Assembly: GCA_965153455.1 (NCBI GenBank)
Contig: OZ234493.1
Span: 16,668,213-16,732,212, forward strand
Length of the DNA: 64,000 nt
Direction: 5' to 3'
From: Sphagnum compactum
Taxonomy: Eukaryota
This document shows, piece after piece, positions 24,961-37,289 of this stretch. Within the stretch, counting starts at the first letter, position 1, and the number at the start of each line of letters is the position of its first letter. A program made the position numbers and the translations under genes. The notes beneath the pieces are model-generated. The model was not told the DNA's origin. It saw only the letters and a program-made list of their open reading frames with translations, and searched no databases.

Positions 24961-26542
24961 ATTAGAATGAAAAAATGGTAAATTAGACCTCAAAAAATAC
25001 CAACTAAAATGCAGTTTTTAAATATGGAAAATTTCAACATAAACATAAGAAAGTAAATTCAAATCATTTTAAAGTGTCATTATGAAAATGTCTATGATTC
25101 CATTGAGTTTATTTCTAGTTGAATACAAAAGTTGAATTGTAGTGTAATAAAAATAAGTAACAAGTACACTTGAAACTAATTGGTGAATATTGCATTTTTT
25201 CATACTTTTACATTAGAAGTTTGATGCATTTTGATAATAATAGGAAAAAGATGGAAGTTTACAAGTACATTGTAGTGTCTTCAACCCCTCAAGCACCTTG
25301 TGTCAACTTGCCACATGTTGCATTTCTTACGTGGTTTCAACAAATTTTATAATGAACACATGATCACTTGTTTCATCCCCAACGTAAATGTTAAAATTTG
25401 AAAATTTCTTTTGTAATAGCCTCAACAATTGTTAGATTCATTCTTTAAAAACATTAAAGGACACGTGATGCTTCAAACACAATATTCCCTTATGTATCTA
25501 TTGTAACCACATGAAACTATGAATGACAATGCAAAGGCAATGCCATAAGAAAAAAACATTTTGCCAAAACACATGTACCTCATTCAATGTTGAAGCAAAA
25601 TTGGTTACACAAAGATATTGTAGCAATTTTGTGTAGCCACAAATGTCTTTATCAAAGAAAGAAAAGAATTGTGTAATGTGGGTGCTTAATTAATCCTAAC
25701 ATCCTCCCTAATGCCTTCAAAATTATGCCCTTACTTATTTCCTTCCACCACTAACAACCTTGAATACTAGTATCACACATAATATGGCAATGGGCAAAAT
25801 TTAAGTTGGTATGGTATGGGATGGAGGTCACAAACCCTAACTTCATGCCCATCACCATAATTATATTACTAAGGTATACAACAACTTCCATTCTAATTGA
25901 GTATGTTTTCATACTATTACTCATACCAATACCATATACCTAGGTTGGACCATGTATATTAATGCAACATTGGTCCGAACTTCTAAATGAGCATAATTTA
26001 ACCAATGTTTTTATGTTTCGCAAAACAAATTCCAAAATTACAAAAGTGAGTGTTTTTTGGATTTAAAATCCCCATATTTCAAAATATTTTATAAATATAA
26101 TAGCAAATTATATATTAGGTTTTGATAAGTAGCTAACAACTATGGAAGGGATGCTTTTATTTTACAAGTTCTTATTTTTTAATATCCATATTTTTCTAAA
26201 TAATCCAAGATGTATGAGTCATTTTTACACATCATCAATTTGAAGCCACATGCACACATAATCACTTAGATAGTGGAATATCAAAAAGTGGAAATTAGGA
26301 AATGTTAATTCTATCAATAAGGTCAAGTTTTTGAAAATTAAAAAGTAGTTAGAATTTCAACCAAGATATTGAATTCAAAGTTCAAGTACCATATAATCAA
26401 TGATGAACAAAGGATAGATGTCATATTGAACTATAGTTCAAATTTATGAATTTATAATATTCGCTTGCAAAATCTAGGTATTGATATTACAAGTCTGACT
26501 TGAAGAGGGAAATATTTTGCATGTTTGAATTTTGTTTATGTA

Positions 26543-28009
26543 CATTACTACAAATCAAAGGTTTTATGTTGGTTTTTTTTGGACAAGTTATAGTCATATT
26601 TTGGTCATATCGGACACTGGACAAAAATGATTTAGTTAAAAGATTCCAATCGATTAGGCTAAAAACTTGATTAAGTTTGTTTTGATTGAATTGTTTGATG
26701 ACATGTAAGTGTCCATTCTAATAGAGATGACTAAAGTTATTAGTTGACGTGGAAATATATTTACATAATAATAATAATATCTTTTAAATATTTGATTTTT
26801 TGGATAGAACCATTAAGGAATGCAAACTGCAATTGTGATCAGCTTGTGATTCCAATGCGCAAAAGGTTTTTTTCCTTTTCAAATTAATTGTTGAACCCAC
26901 AACATATTGTCATGATGATGTATTCTCACAACATATTCAAAGAAAAATTTGAACCTTCACCTTCTTGACCATAGCCCAAAGTTTTTGCCATCTAACCATC
27001 ACTTCATGTGGTGACAAAAGATGTTATTGAAAATATATAAACACACTTCTTTTTTTAATATTGCACATTATTAATAAACTAATTAATTAATTTCATAATA
27101 AACTTGATTGTGTGTGTGTGTGTATACGTCATTATTAATTTATTTCATAATTTAAATTCACAATTACCTTGAAAACTATAATGTCTTTTAATTTCAAAAT
27201 GTGAAATGTGTTGCATTAATTTTAAATGTATTTAATTCCAATTAATTTATTCAAATATTCAGTTAATAAATAATAAAAATTTAAAATTTAATCATATATC
27301 ACGAATTGGGTTTTAAAAAAAGAATAACAATTTTTTTAAAAATTTAATCTTAAAAATCTCCTAATGAAAGGAATTTCATTTCCAAAATTACATAATTAAA
27401 ATTCACACATCTTTAATTTATAAAATTAATTATTTTTATTATTATTCTTAATTTCCAATTTTGCAAGCATTACATTAGTTCCCATTTCACATGTACATTA
27501 GGTATGTTTTACTTTTCAATAATTTAAAATATAAAGTTTAGTTGATTTTCCATTTTTCACATGTCAATTTGTTATATTTTAGTTGTTGTTTCTTATATAT
27601 ATATATATGAAGCATTACAAACAAACAATGACAACATGAATCATAATTGTTGATTATGAAAAATAAATAAACTCAAAATATCTATGACTATTTTTAATCA
27701 CAATGGAAATGTCATATTCTACATCAAATGTCTATGAATGTTTTTATTCACATTGGAAATGTCATAGTCCATGTCAAAATGTTTATGATTTTTTAATCAC
27801 TTCCATAATCCACATATGTATTGAATATTCCACATATACTTTTGCATGTCCAATTTGATTATAATCTCATTTGAAATTAATCATACTAGACACACCTACT
27901 TTTTTAATATTGAAAATAGACATAATAGTCATTATGGACAAGTATGGTTGATTCCATAGTCATTGTAGTCAAAATGTGGGGAGCATAAAGCCATGTTTTT
28001 GTAATAGTG
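26543..28009. mobile_element. Non-autonomous CACTA element
   Basis: Left end CATTACTACAAATCAAAGGTTTTATGTT vs reverse complement of right end CACTATTACAAAAACATGGCTTTATGCT. The 3-bp flanks are GTA and ATA. About 45-bp subterminal repeats at 27670-27800. Confidence 0.7.
26930..27002 (-). other. tRNA-like relic (A/B boxes) inside the CACTA element
   Basis: Minus strand TGGTTAGATGG (A box) ... GGTTCAAATTT (C>T-decayed B box), at tRNA-like spacing. Confidence 0.5.
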
Positions 28010-29149
28010 ATAACAATGGTGTTAGATTACAACAAATAAATTGAAAGTTACATGGTTCATTTACATGATTTGAATTCTTGCTCAAGAATGACCCTGAACA
28101 TTTTGGTTGCAAAATTATTGTTGCTTAACATGAGCCCAAAATGTTTTTGTCAATTTCTACAATTCTTTTGGATTCCATGAATTGTGCAAATGATGGAAGA
28201 GACTTGTCGAAAATATAACAACATGCAAACTTCTTGCATTACAAAAAGGGATTGCAACATAATAAACAATGAACATTGAAAGAATAAAGCAATAACAAGC
28301 TTCTACAATTGAGAATCCATCTTTGAGGCTACAAAAAAAGAACACAACAAAGACTCAAGAGGAATGATAGAAAAGACCTTTTGCAAAGGAGTTCATTCAC
28401 ATATGCCCCAAGCTTAAAAAATTGAGACTTCAAAAAATCATCACATGACCTTGCAAGCTTCTAGCTTAAGGTTATCATTTTGGATGATGTGATAACAATA
28501 TGTTTATTTTGGTCTACCTAGCACTTAAAGGATGGGAAGCATATGTTATATTTCTAAATATTAACTTTTAGTTTAGTCCTTACCATGAGGCAACACCATA
28601 ATCAATGTTTGGTTCAAGGGTTTGATAAATTTGACCTAGGAGTAAATTTCCTCATTATTCAAAAACACCAAAGTAAATGTTGTCATTTAAATTTTAATCC
28701 ACCTCAAATGATTAAAAAAACTAAAATCAACAAATAAATAACCTTTGAAATATCATCAAAACATGCATAATTTTCTCGTGTGGATTCTAAAACAATTTCA
28801 CTAACATTGTTTTTCAGCTTTCAATAATGTCTCTAGGACCTTAAAGACCTATTCAAGCCATATATCTAAACAATATATAAATATTAAGCAACTTGAGGAT
28901 ATTTGAATTTTTCTATGGGTGAACATTTGTAATTTGTTGACTTCATACATTACAAACTATTGGTAGAAGTTGGTGTAATCAATAGGTTCACATTTGTTAA
29001 TTAGACCAAAGTTATTTATGAAAATTGGGTTTTAAAATATTTTTTTCATTTCGTGAGACGTTGATGGAATGAATACAACTTTTCTTAACTTTTGGTCAAG
29101 TTCTCTTCATTAAAAGTGTGTGCATGAAGTTATTGAAATACAATGACTA

Positions 29150-32100
29150 GATCTATACAACAACATTAATTTTAGGTTAAAATGAAACGGATCTTTTGTA
29201 TGAAATAGTAACAAAGTCGCAAAGTGCGTGTTGTTTTAAAGAATGTCACCCTATATTTCATTACTTCATTCAAAACTTTTTGAAAGTAGTTTAGGCTTGC
29301 TATTAATTGAAATAGTGGACAATTGGTTAGATACATGAAATGTCTTTTCAAAGGACTAGAAATACACATCACCAAATATGATTACAACAAAGGGTGAGCA
29401 CATGCTAAAGTGACTCCCTATGTGACAAAACATTTATCACCCAAAGTCCATTTCTTTCATATTTTTTTAGCCTCAGAAAGACCTAAAAATTGAACAACAT
29501 TCAATCCATTCAATTCAAGTAATTGTTTTATCTACTATTTAGGCCCAACTAAAGATTTTTTTTATATACATATTTGCACAAACCCAACATAAATGAATAT
29601 TTTCCACAATGACATGGACTTATGAAAAGACCCATATTTTTAACACTAACAAAAAAGATTAAAAGTTTCATTAGAAATAACTTACAATGAACATTTTACA
29701 ATTTTTTAAAATTAAATTTTATTTAAGTCCCAAAAAATCATAATATCAATCATTGGATCATTTTGATGTCCATATAAAAAACCTAATGTCAAAATGCAAA
29801 ATCTAGTCAATTCACAATATAAGTCCATAGATATTTTACTTTTGTATGTTACACATAATAAATAGTTGTCATATGCATACTCAAGTTAATAATCTCAAAG
29901 TAAATCCCTAATGAATTTTTTTGACATGCATAATACAAATTAACCATTGCATTTATACTCATATGATAAAAACTATCAATGTGATGCCAATAATAAGACA
30001 CCTTAGCTTGCATCAACCCCAAAATATCATTTAATCATATTGAAAATATGAATGATTTGGATTTAAATTTGAGAATGATTTTTGTCTATCTATATATATT
30101 TTGTGTGTGTGTAAAAAATTAAATTATTGAATCAATGAAGCTGAATAAAATTGTGAAAATAATATTCATTTAAGATTAAAATATGTTGAATTTGCATTAG
30201 TATTGCAACATATGAAAATAAACTCATATTTATAATTTACATTGCAAACGCCTTATGTTAAAGGATAGATACTAATTAGGTATACTTGACATATGTATTT
30301 CAATTTTTACAAGTGTATGTGTGTTATGCTCATGTTCACAATGGTTACATTCATATTTTGCCATGCCTTCCAAATGATCACATGTCATAATGTCACACAT
30401 TCATAGTTTCACACACTTGGACATTTGGAAAAATGTTTCAAAATTTTAGCAATGTAGCAAGGTACTATTTACTCTCCATTCATGTACCATAATGTTGAAT
30501 TTTTTTGAAGTAACAATGTGGCCTCAATCATGATTTGTCACATCCAAATGTCTTCCCCCTCCCCACCCATAAATAAGAAAAAATTAATGTGACAATGTAG
30601 GATGGGATTTTGGTGATCGTCATTGTGAAAATTTTAAGTCATTCTGAATTATAATTCGTCATAGATCAAATTTCATTTTAGTATCATTTTTTGTTGTTTT
30701 TTTTTGGCAACTTTTCAATGTTTTTGTATGTTTGTATCTTGTTGTTTATCTTACACCCTTTCAATGTTTTTTTCTTGGGGCCTATTTGTATCTTGTTGTG
30801 AACTTATTTAATGAATCAGACTTTTGTTGACAAGAATGAAAATAAAAATAAAAATGAACAAAATGATATATAGTGAAATTTATAAAATTTATCTTTTGAA
30901 AAGACAAAATTGATTACAACAAAATTATTATGTCCACAAAAAATAATTTAATCATTGTCACTGGGTTGTGCAAAGTAAGTGGAGCCCAAATGGATAAATA
31001 TAAAGTGAAAGTCAACTTGAATATCACCATTTGGGGCAATCATGATTACGGTTGACTAATAAAGAAAACAATGAAAAACAATTTTTTTTGAATTAATGCA
31101 TTCTTCTTCTAAGGACCTAAAATCTGTGCATATTTTCATGTCCAAAGCAATTTATTAATGAATCCACTAAATTTGATTGTTGTAAATATACATTTATTTC
31201 AAAAAGTTTAATAATTCCTACTTTTAGTCACATATTTATTTGTATTTGAAACAATTTTTTTTTTTATTAATGTACATTGTCATGGAAATAACAAATATAC
31301 TTCATGAAGGAAACTCAAAGTCACTAAATTATTTTGCACATTTGTGAATTAAAACCAAAATCTTGTCTAAGTGCAAGCATGGCAAAATAGACAACTCATT
31401 TATGCTTGTCACAAAAAAATATAAATAACCATTAAATAACTTTGATGTATTGAAAGTAAAAATATTATTTTATCATTGAAGAACCCCATATTGAAATATC
31501 TCTTTTACAAGATGGGTTGTAAATAAATGAAATATTGATTCAAAAAATATTCAAGTTAATTGAGGCTTAAAAACTACTTATGTATTATCAATTTATGCAT
31601 ATTGTAATCATAATATGTCAAACTTCTGATGTAATTTAGTAATTTTGAACATTATTGACCAATTAATCTGAAACTTACTTGTAAATTATTTTGATCATTT
31701 TTTTTTTTTCAAACTTTTTGTTCAACTTACCTTAATAGAGAAACCAATGATTTAATATTTTTATTTGTAAATTTTAGAATCTATTTTATTATTTATATAA
31801 TAAATTCTCGTTTTAAAATTAGAATATGGGCAAACTTTTTTAATTTGTGGGTTTTGCATGCTTTCACATGTCTAGAAGAAGTACTTTTGAAACCAAGTTC
31901 GGTTTTCTCTTGTGCCCTTGGTGACACAAATAATGCATAGAAAAAAAAAGTGATATAGATTATACAAAACATCATTTGAAAAGTTTTCTTTGGTTGTAAC
32001 TTGTTCACACCAACCTCACAATCAATGGAAAAGAAGGCGTGAAAATTCCAGATAATGTAATTCCTCATTTCGTATTTACAAGTATGCAAGGAACATCAAA
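29150..32100 (-). mobile_element. Possible highly decayed hAT (TTF-zinc-finger type) transposase fragments
   Basis: MFCIIY...GFKSTSSRHVKACKTH (31793-32089) resembles a TTF-type finger; INVLSHRESL near 29420 resembles hAT HCxAHR. Weak. Confidence 0.3.
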
Positions 32101-32618
32101 TCCGTGAAAAAATATTCAATAGAAATACCAACATGAAGATTGCTACCATAACATAAGTTCAATTTCTCTAAAAAGATAAGATTTCATTATTTGGATAATA
32201 TGGTTGCTAATTCCACAAATACATAACTTCCAAGGTCCAACCCCTCTACTTGTTCTAATCAAACTTACTTCCCTAAATTGACATGAACGAATATATGAAT
32301 GTGTAGACTTTGTCTTCTTTGTTTACAAACTTACATTTCAATATTAGTTCTCTCAAGTGGAGTTTTGTTTATTGATTAAAAAGGAAATGGTCAAGGTGCA
32401 TTAGAAAAACATTATTTTGAAACTAAAATAAAAGAGATATGTAGATAGATACGTATCTCACATTGTCACGTGAGGACTCTTCTTTTGCAACCATTCATGC
32501 ATTGGTTTTTGTACTTATCAAAAGGTTTTGTTCTATTGAGACAAAAGCAAAAGCCTCATACTTGGAACAATAAAATGCCCCAAACCTGGAAAATCCCACT
32601 TTCTGAAGAACACGGAAA

Positions 32619-32745
32619 AAGAATTCCTTGAGTAACTCGAGCACCTTTAGTGGAGGACCCACATCTTAGGACGAGCATTTAAGAATTCCTTGAGTAACTT
32701 GAGCACCTTTAGAGGAGGACCCACATATCTTAGGCCGTGCATTTT
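32619..32745. repeat. Tandem duplication, 2 x about 62 bp
   Basis: AAGAATTCCTTGAGTAACT(C/T)GAGCACCTTTAG(T/A)GGAGGACCCACAT...CTTAGG.CG.GCATTT occurs twice. Confidence 0.9.
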
Positions 32746-33316
32746 ACGCGAGATAGGGTTGTCAAAAACGTGTCAACATGTATGCTCACACTTTCTCCCA
32801 TTTTGCTCCTTGTCCATCACAAATTGGAGAGAGAACGTCTCCCAATGGTCCACCCCAATGAGGGATTGGAGACAACCAGTAAGTAAGTAGTTGCAAACTT
32901 GTCATCTCATCCAAATGCTTGTTTCAAGTACTAAGGGATTTTTTTTAAAAGCACAAAACCCAAAGACCCATTCCAAGCGGCCGGATTTCCTTCACCAAAA
33001 TCCCATTCCATCATATTCTCTCCACATGTGTAGGGTCACAAACCAATGTAATAATAAGTGGTCCCAACTCTATGGTTTTTGGTTTAGGCCTATTTTTGCA
33101 TGATGGTAGTAGGGTCACAAATTGTAGTAGTGGGGCCCCCAATCACCTTTGTTATCCTTAGGATAATATTTAATTTCACTATAAATTAGGCTACATATAA
33201 ATATTTATGGCATGGAACAGGACACGAATCCATGGGCTTCCATAAATACCACACTGGAAAAAAAACAAAACAAAATCTAACAGACTAATTATCCTAGACT
33301 TTCTGACATCTCTTGC

Positions 33317-33626
33317 TGGTCTCGCCTACCAAGGCAAGGATGTTGTGACTAGATTCATTACAGAGTATAGTAGCTTAAGGGATTTTGGTCCCTAGGTAAT
33401 AATAGGTCTATTTTTATGTGAGGATTTCTGAAAGATGATATTTTGGCTTGTGTTGAAACTTGAGATTAGTTATAGAGTTACAATATATTGAAGGATTTTG
33501 GTTTCTTTTAGACAATTTTTTCAAGATTATATATTTGCATGGTGAAATATGTGAGTTTTCATAATTCTTCTTTTGCATTAAGATAATTTAAAATGTAAAT
33601 GGCAAGGCCACAGTGTGACACACCCC
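33317..33626 (+). mobile_element. ~300-bp repeat, copy A (DINE-1/HINE-like structure)
   Basis: TGGTCTCGCCTACCAAGGCAAGG ... GGCAAGGCCACAGTGTGACACACCCC; aligns along its length with copies B-D. Confidence 0.85.
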
Positions 33627-33632
33627 TGTTTT

Positions 33633-33932
33633 TATTGGCCTCGCCTACCAAGGCAAGGATGTTGTGTTTTAGATTCATTATAGAATATAGTAGCTGAAGG
33701 GATTTTGGCCCCTAGGGAAGAGGTCTATTTTTATAGGAGGGATTTTTGAAAGATGATATTTTGGCTTGTGTTGAAACTTGAGATTGTTATAGAGTGATAA
33801 TATCTTGAAGGATTTTGGTCTCTTTTAGAAGATTTTTTTGAAGATTATATTTTTGCATGGTGAAATATTTGAGTTTCCTTAATTCTTCATTTGCCTTCAG
33901 ATAAATGGCGAGGCCACAGTGTGACACACCCC
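33633..33932 (+). mobile_element. ~300-bp repeat, copy B (head-to-tail with A)
   Basis: TATTGGCCTCGCCTACCAAGGCAAGG ... GGCGAGGCCACAGTGTGACACACCCC. Confidence 0.85.
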
Positions 33933-34124
33933 TTGGTTTTATTTTTGTATGAATCCCGTAGGTTTGTCTTCCAGATCTTTTCCAGCCAACTGGGACCGGC
34001 CGTTTCAAGGGGCCCACCCTACGATTCTTTCGCCAAAGCAATCTACTAATGAGCGTCATTCCCTTTTACCCCCTCCCCCCTTATTTTAGAGGCTACCGCA
34101 CCACCTGCTGCCATTATTATGACG

Positions 34125-34904
34125 GGTAGGTGGGTGGGTGGGTGGGTGACTAATTACTCGTCTAGTGGGATCTGAGTATCATCAACCATGGCCGTAAAGG
34201 TCCGTACCTGCCAAATACGGGGCAGGTTTTCAGGAACTCTTAATTAAATGGCAGAATCGGCAGCCCGGGCTGACCTAGTCAATTTTCCTACCCACCACAA
34301 TGACCTACCTGCCAGACATAGTTTACAACTAGTATCCTACTTTACAATCTACCTAAGGACCTATATTATAAGGGACCTCCAAAGAATGGCGGCAAATTCA
34401 GCCGCTCTGCTGCACCCTACCTACATTTATGTGTAGGGTAAGGACCAACAATGGGGCTGTTTCAAATCATGGGCCTTATGCAAGATAGAGCCCTCTGCAA
34501 CCAGATGTTGCTCCGTTGGGGTAGGGCCAACCTCGTCCTGTCAGGACCCAGACATCCTTAACCTAGCAGAACCGGGCCCCTAGGGCCCCTTGTATAGTAC
34601 ATTAAAGCAAGGGATCTTTACTGAGACTCCTCTGCTTGAGTTATTGGCAGGTAGGATCTGCACTTTTCTGCTAATTCTGCACGTACAGCTTTACCGATTA
34701 AAAGCAGAGAATAGCCGGATTCTGCAGGGTTTCCCTGGCCAATTCTGCAAGGTACAACTTCGTTGGGGCCGCCACCTTGGTAAGGGCACACCTGGCAGAA
34801 TAGGCTCTAGAGGGCCCATTTTTCAGGACGTAACTGGTTTGGGTGTACTATTAAGGCACTTTTTCGGCCCTTTTTTCCATAGGTGGGACAACCAGCCACC
34901 TACT
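34125..34904. mobile_element. GC-rich MITE-like element
   Basis: Left GTAGGTGGGTGGGTG vs reverse complement of right end GTAGGTGGCTGGTTG; internal GGGCCC and CTGCAG palindromes. Confidence 0.5.
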
Positions 34905-35458
34905 AATTCCCGATTCAGTGCAGCCAGTTTCACGTGTAACCTCAATCTGGGTTGCAGAATGTGCATGAAATATGAATCAACGGTCTGGAAAACCAGTTAT
35001 GCTTTGGAACAGGCCGTGCTAGAACCTGTTTCCACCCAACGAAACAACGGCTCACCGTACCATGCTCACCACGATTCTAGGTGGAAGGGACCCTCCAGGC
35101 AGGCCCATTCCAAAGTACATAAAGGCACAGCCAGAAAGGCAATTCCCCCCATCTCTTATTCAGGGAGAAAAAGGGGTGGAAAAGGGCAGCAGCGAAGATT
35201 AAATAGAAACACAATAAGTAGCACAAGCAAGTGAACTGTATGTGTACGACAATTCAGGATCACACTTTTAGGGTATAACTGCACACGCCATTATTGTGCA
35301 AATTCTACCTTTTTTCTTCTGGATGGGTTCTTTTTGACAGAATCCATGTTATTGATGTCAATACTAAAGTAGAACGAGAGGAAAGGGAAGAGCTGAGAGG
35401 GCAAGGATGATGTCAACCTGCCAAACTTTATTGCAAGACAATTCCAATACAACAACAA

Positions 35459-35770
35459 GGGGTGTGTCACCCTGTGACCTTGCCATTTACATTTAAAAGT
35501 ATCTTAATCCAAAAGAAGAATCATGGAAACTCAAATATTTCATCATGTACAAATAAAAATCTGCAAAAAATCCTCTAAAAGAAACCAAAATCCTTCAAGA
35601 TATTATAATTCTAGAACTAATTTCAAGTTCAACACAAGCCAAAATATCATCTTTCAAAAATCCTCATATAAAAATAGACCTATTACCTAGGGGCCAAATT
35701 CCCTTAAGCTACTATACTCTACAATGAATCTAAACACAATATCCTTGCCTCGGTAGGCAAGGCGAATAAA
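35459..35770 (-). mobile_element. ~300-bp repeat, copy C (inverted)
   Basis: GGGGTGTGTCACCCTGTGACCTTGCC ... CCTTGCCTCGGTAGGCAAGGCGAATAAA is the reverse complement of A/B. Confidence 0.85.
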
Positions 35771-37289
35771 GAAAGGACGTATGTCCTTGCAGATTAGCTG
35801 ACATCCACTATTCATCCATCTTGATGTGCTGGTGGGCAGTTCTCAACATTGTAACCTTATTGTCCTTTCAACAACGTCTACTCTGGTGTTGGTTGGGTAT
35901 AAAGCCGTGTTGTGCGGTTCTTGATTTTAGGGTATAACCTTCGGTTTCGGTTCTGCACCCACACCACAGAGGGACGGTTCTGGGTCTGGTTGGGGTATTA
36001 GAAATTTTAAGAACCTTGGGTTGGATCAGGTTCCAGTTATTTCATCAATTAATAAATTGGTTCCGGTTCCAATTGGGTTATTACAAACCAAAAGAGTCAT
36101 CCAGTTAATTATAGGTGCTCAAATATTTGATGGTTTGAGATCTGGTTTTTGTTCATTTTGATGTTTATCCCGATTCCCAGTTCCCCATTATGTTTAGGTA
36201 GATTGATTAACGATTAGGTTAGTGGTTAGGTTGGGATAGTTTCCAGTTAATATAGGATTAGGGTCCAATTTGAGTGTGGTATCCAGTTGACAGTACACCA
36301 ATTTAATTGGCATGGAATCTGGCTCTTGTGAGTTCTTATTGTAAGATTGTGACTAAATGGATATATACAAGTAAATTACACGTTAAAAAACCAGTGTTCT
36401 AATCAAAGATGTCATTCCAATGCAGTAGTCATACAATGAAAACTAGCATCTAAAGTGTAACATAATTGTCATAAAGGAAGAATTGTTCACCCCATAGCAC
36501 AAAAAAAAAGTTGGGGGTCGATGTATTAAAGAATAAGCAAGAACAACCCATGAAACACTCCTAAGAACTAAGAACCTTTCTACTTACAAAATAGGACTAC
36601 TCTTTTTGTAACCAGAAGGTCCAAGTTCCAAGCTTATGATCCTATAAACTAGAAAGGCAACATTGACAACAAAAAACTTTGATCTACAAGGTTTAGGGTC
36701 ATCTGCATTAGATATGCAATAGTTCCTCCATTGGCAAAAAATAGAAAGCTCCTCCTTCATCATCTACTTTTTCTTACAACTTGGAACCCATCCCGCAACC
36801 CTTAAAGAAAAAAATGGTGGGCTGTCTAGATCAAACAGTCCTTCAATGACAAAAAAAAGTTGTCACACTCATTATGCTATACAAAGCTAGCTCCCCCAAA
36901 TACCACAGAATCCCTAAGAACCCCACAAACTCTTGTGAAGGATCTTGAAACACCACAGAATCCCCAAATGCCATAGAAGTTTATTGCCATGCCCTTTAAT
37001 ATGCCACCATCCCCTTATTAGACCCAAAATTTGAAACCAACAAATCTTAACTAATTTCTAGACTACATTTAGCACTAATGTGACAACTTTGCATACCTCC
37101 ATTGTCTCATCATTTCTACATGCTCACCTTAGGTTAGTGCAGAATGAAACAAAAAAAATAGGAAAAATGTGAAGACCTTTCCTCCATCAACCAGCAATTT
37201 GAAGCTACCACCTCTTCATCATACTTGCAATCAATAGAAAAAAAACCTAAAGTCTAACAATGTTATCATCGACTTCTAGAAGCCCAATC

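Noticed and set aside
34590-35234. 214-aa ORF
   Set aside because: TTG start, crosses a repeat boundary, composition not protein-like.
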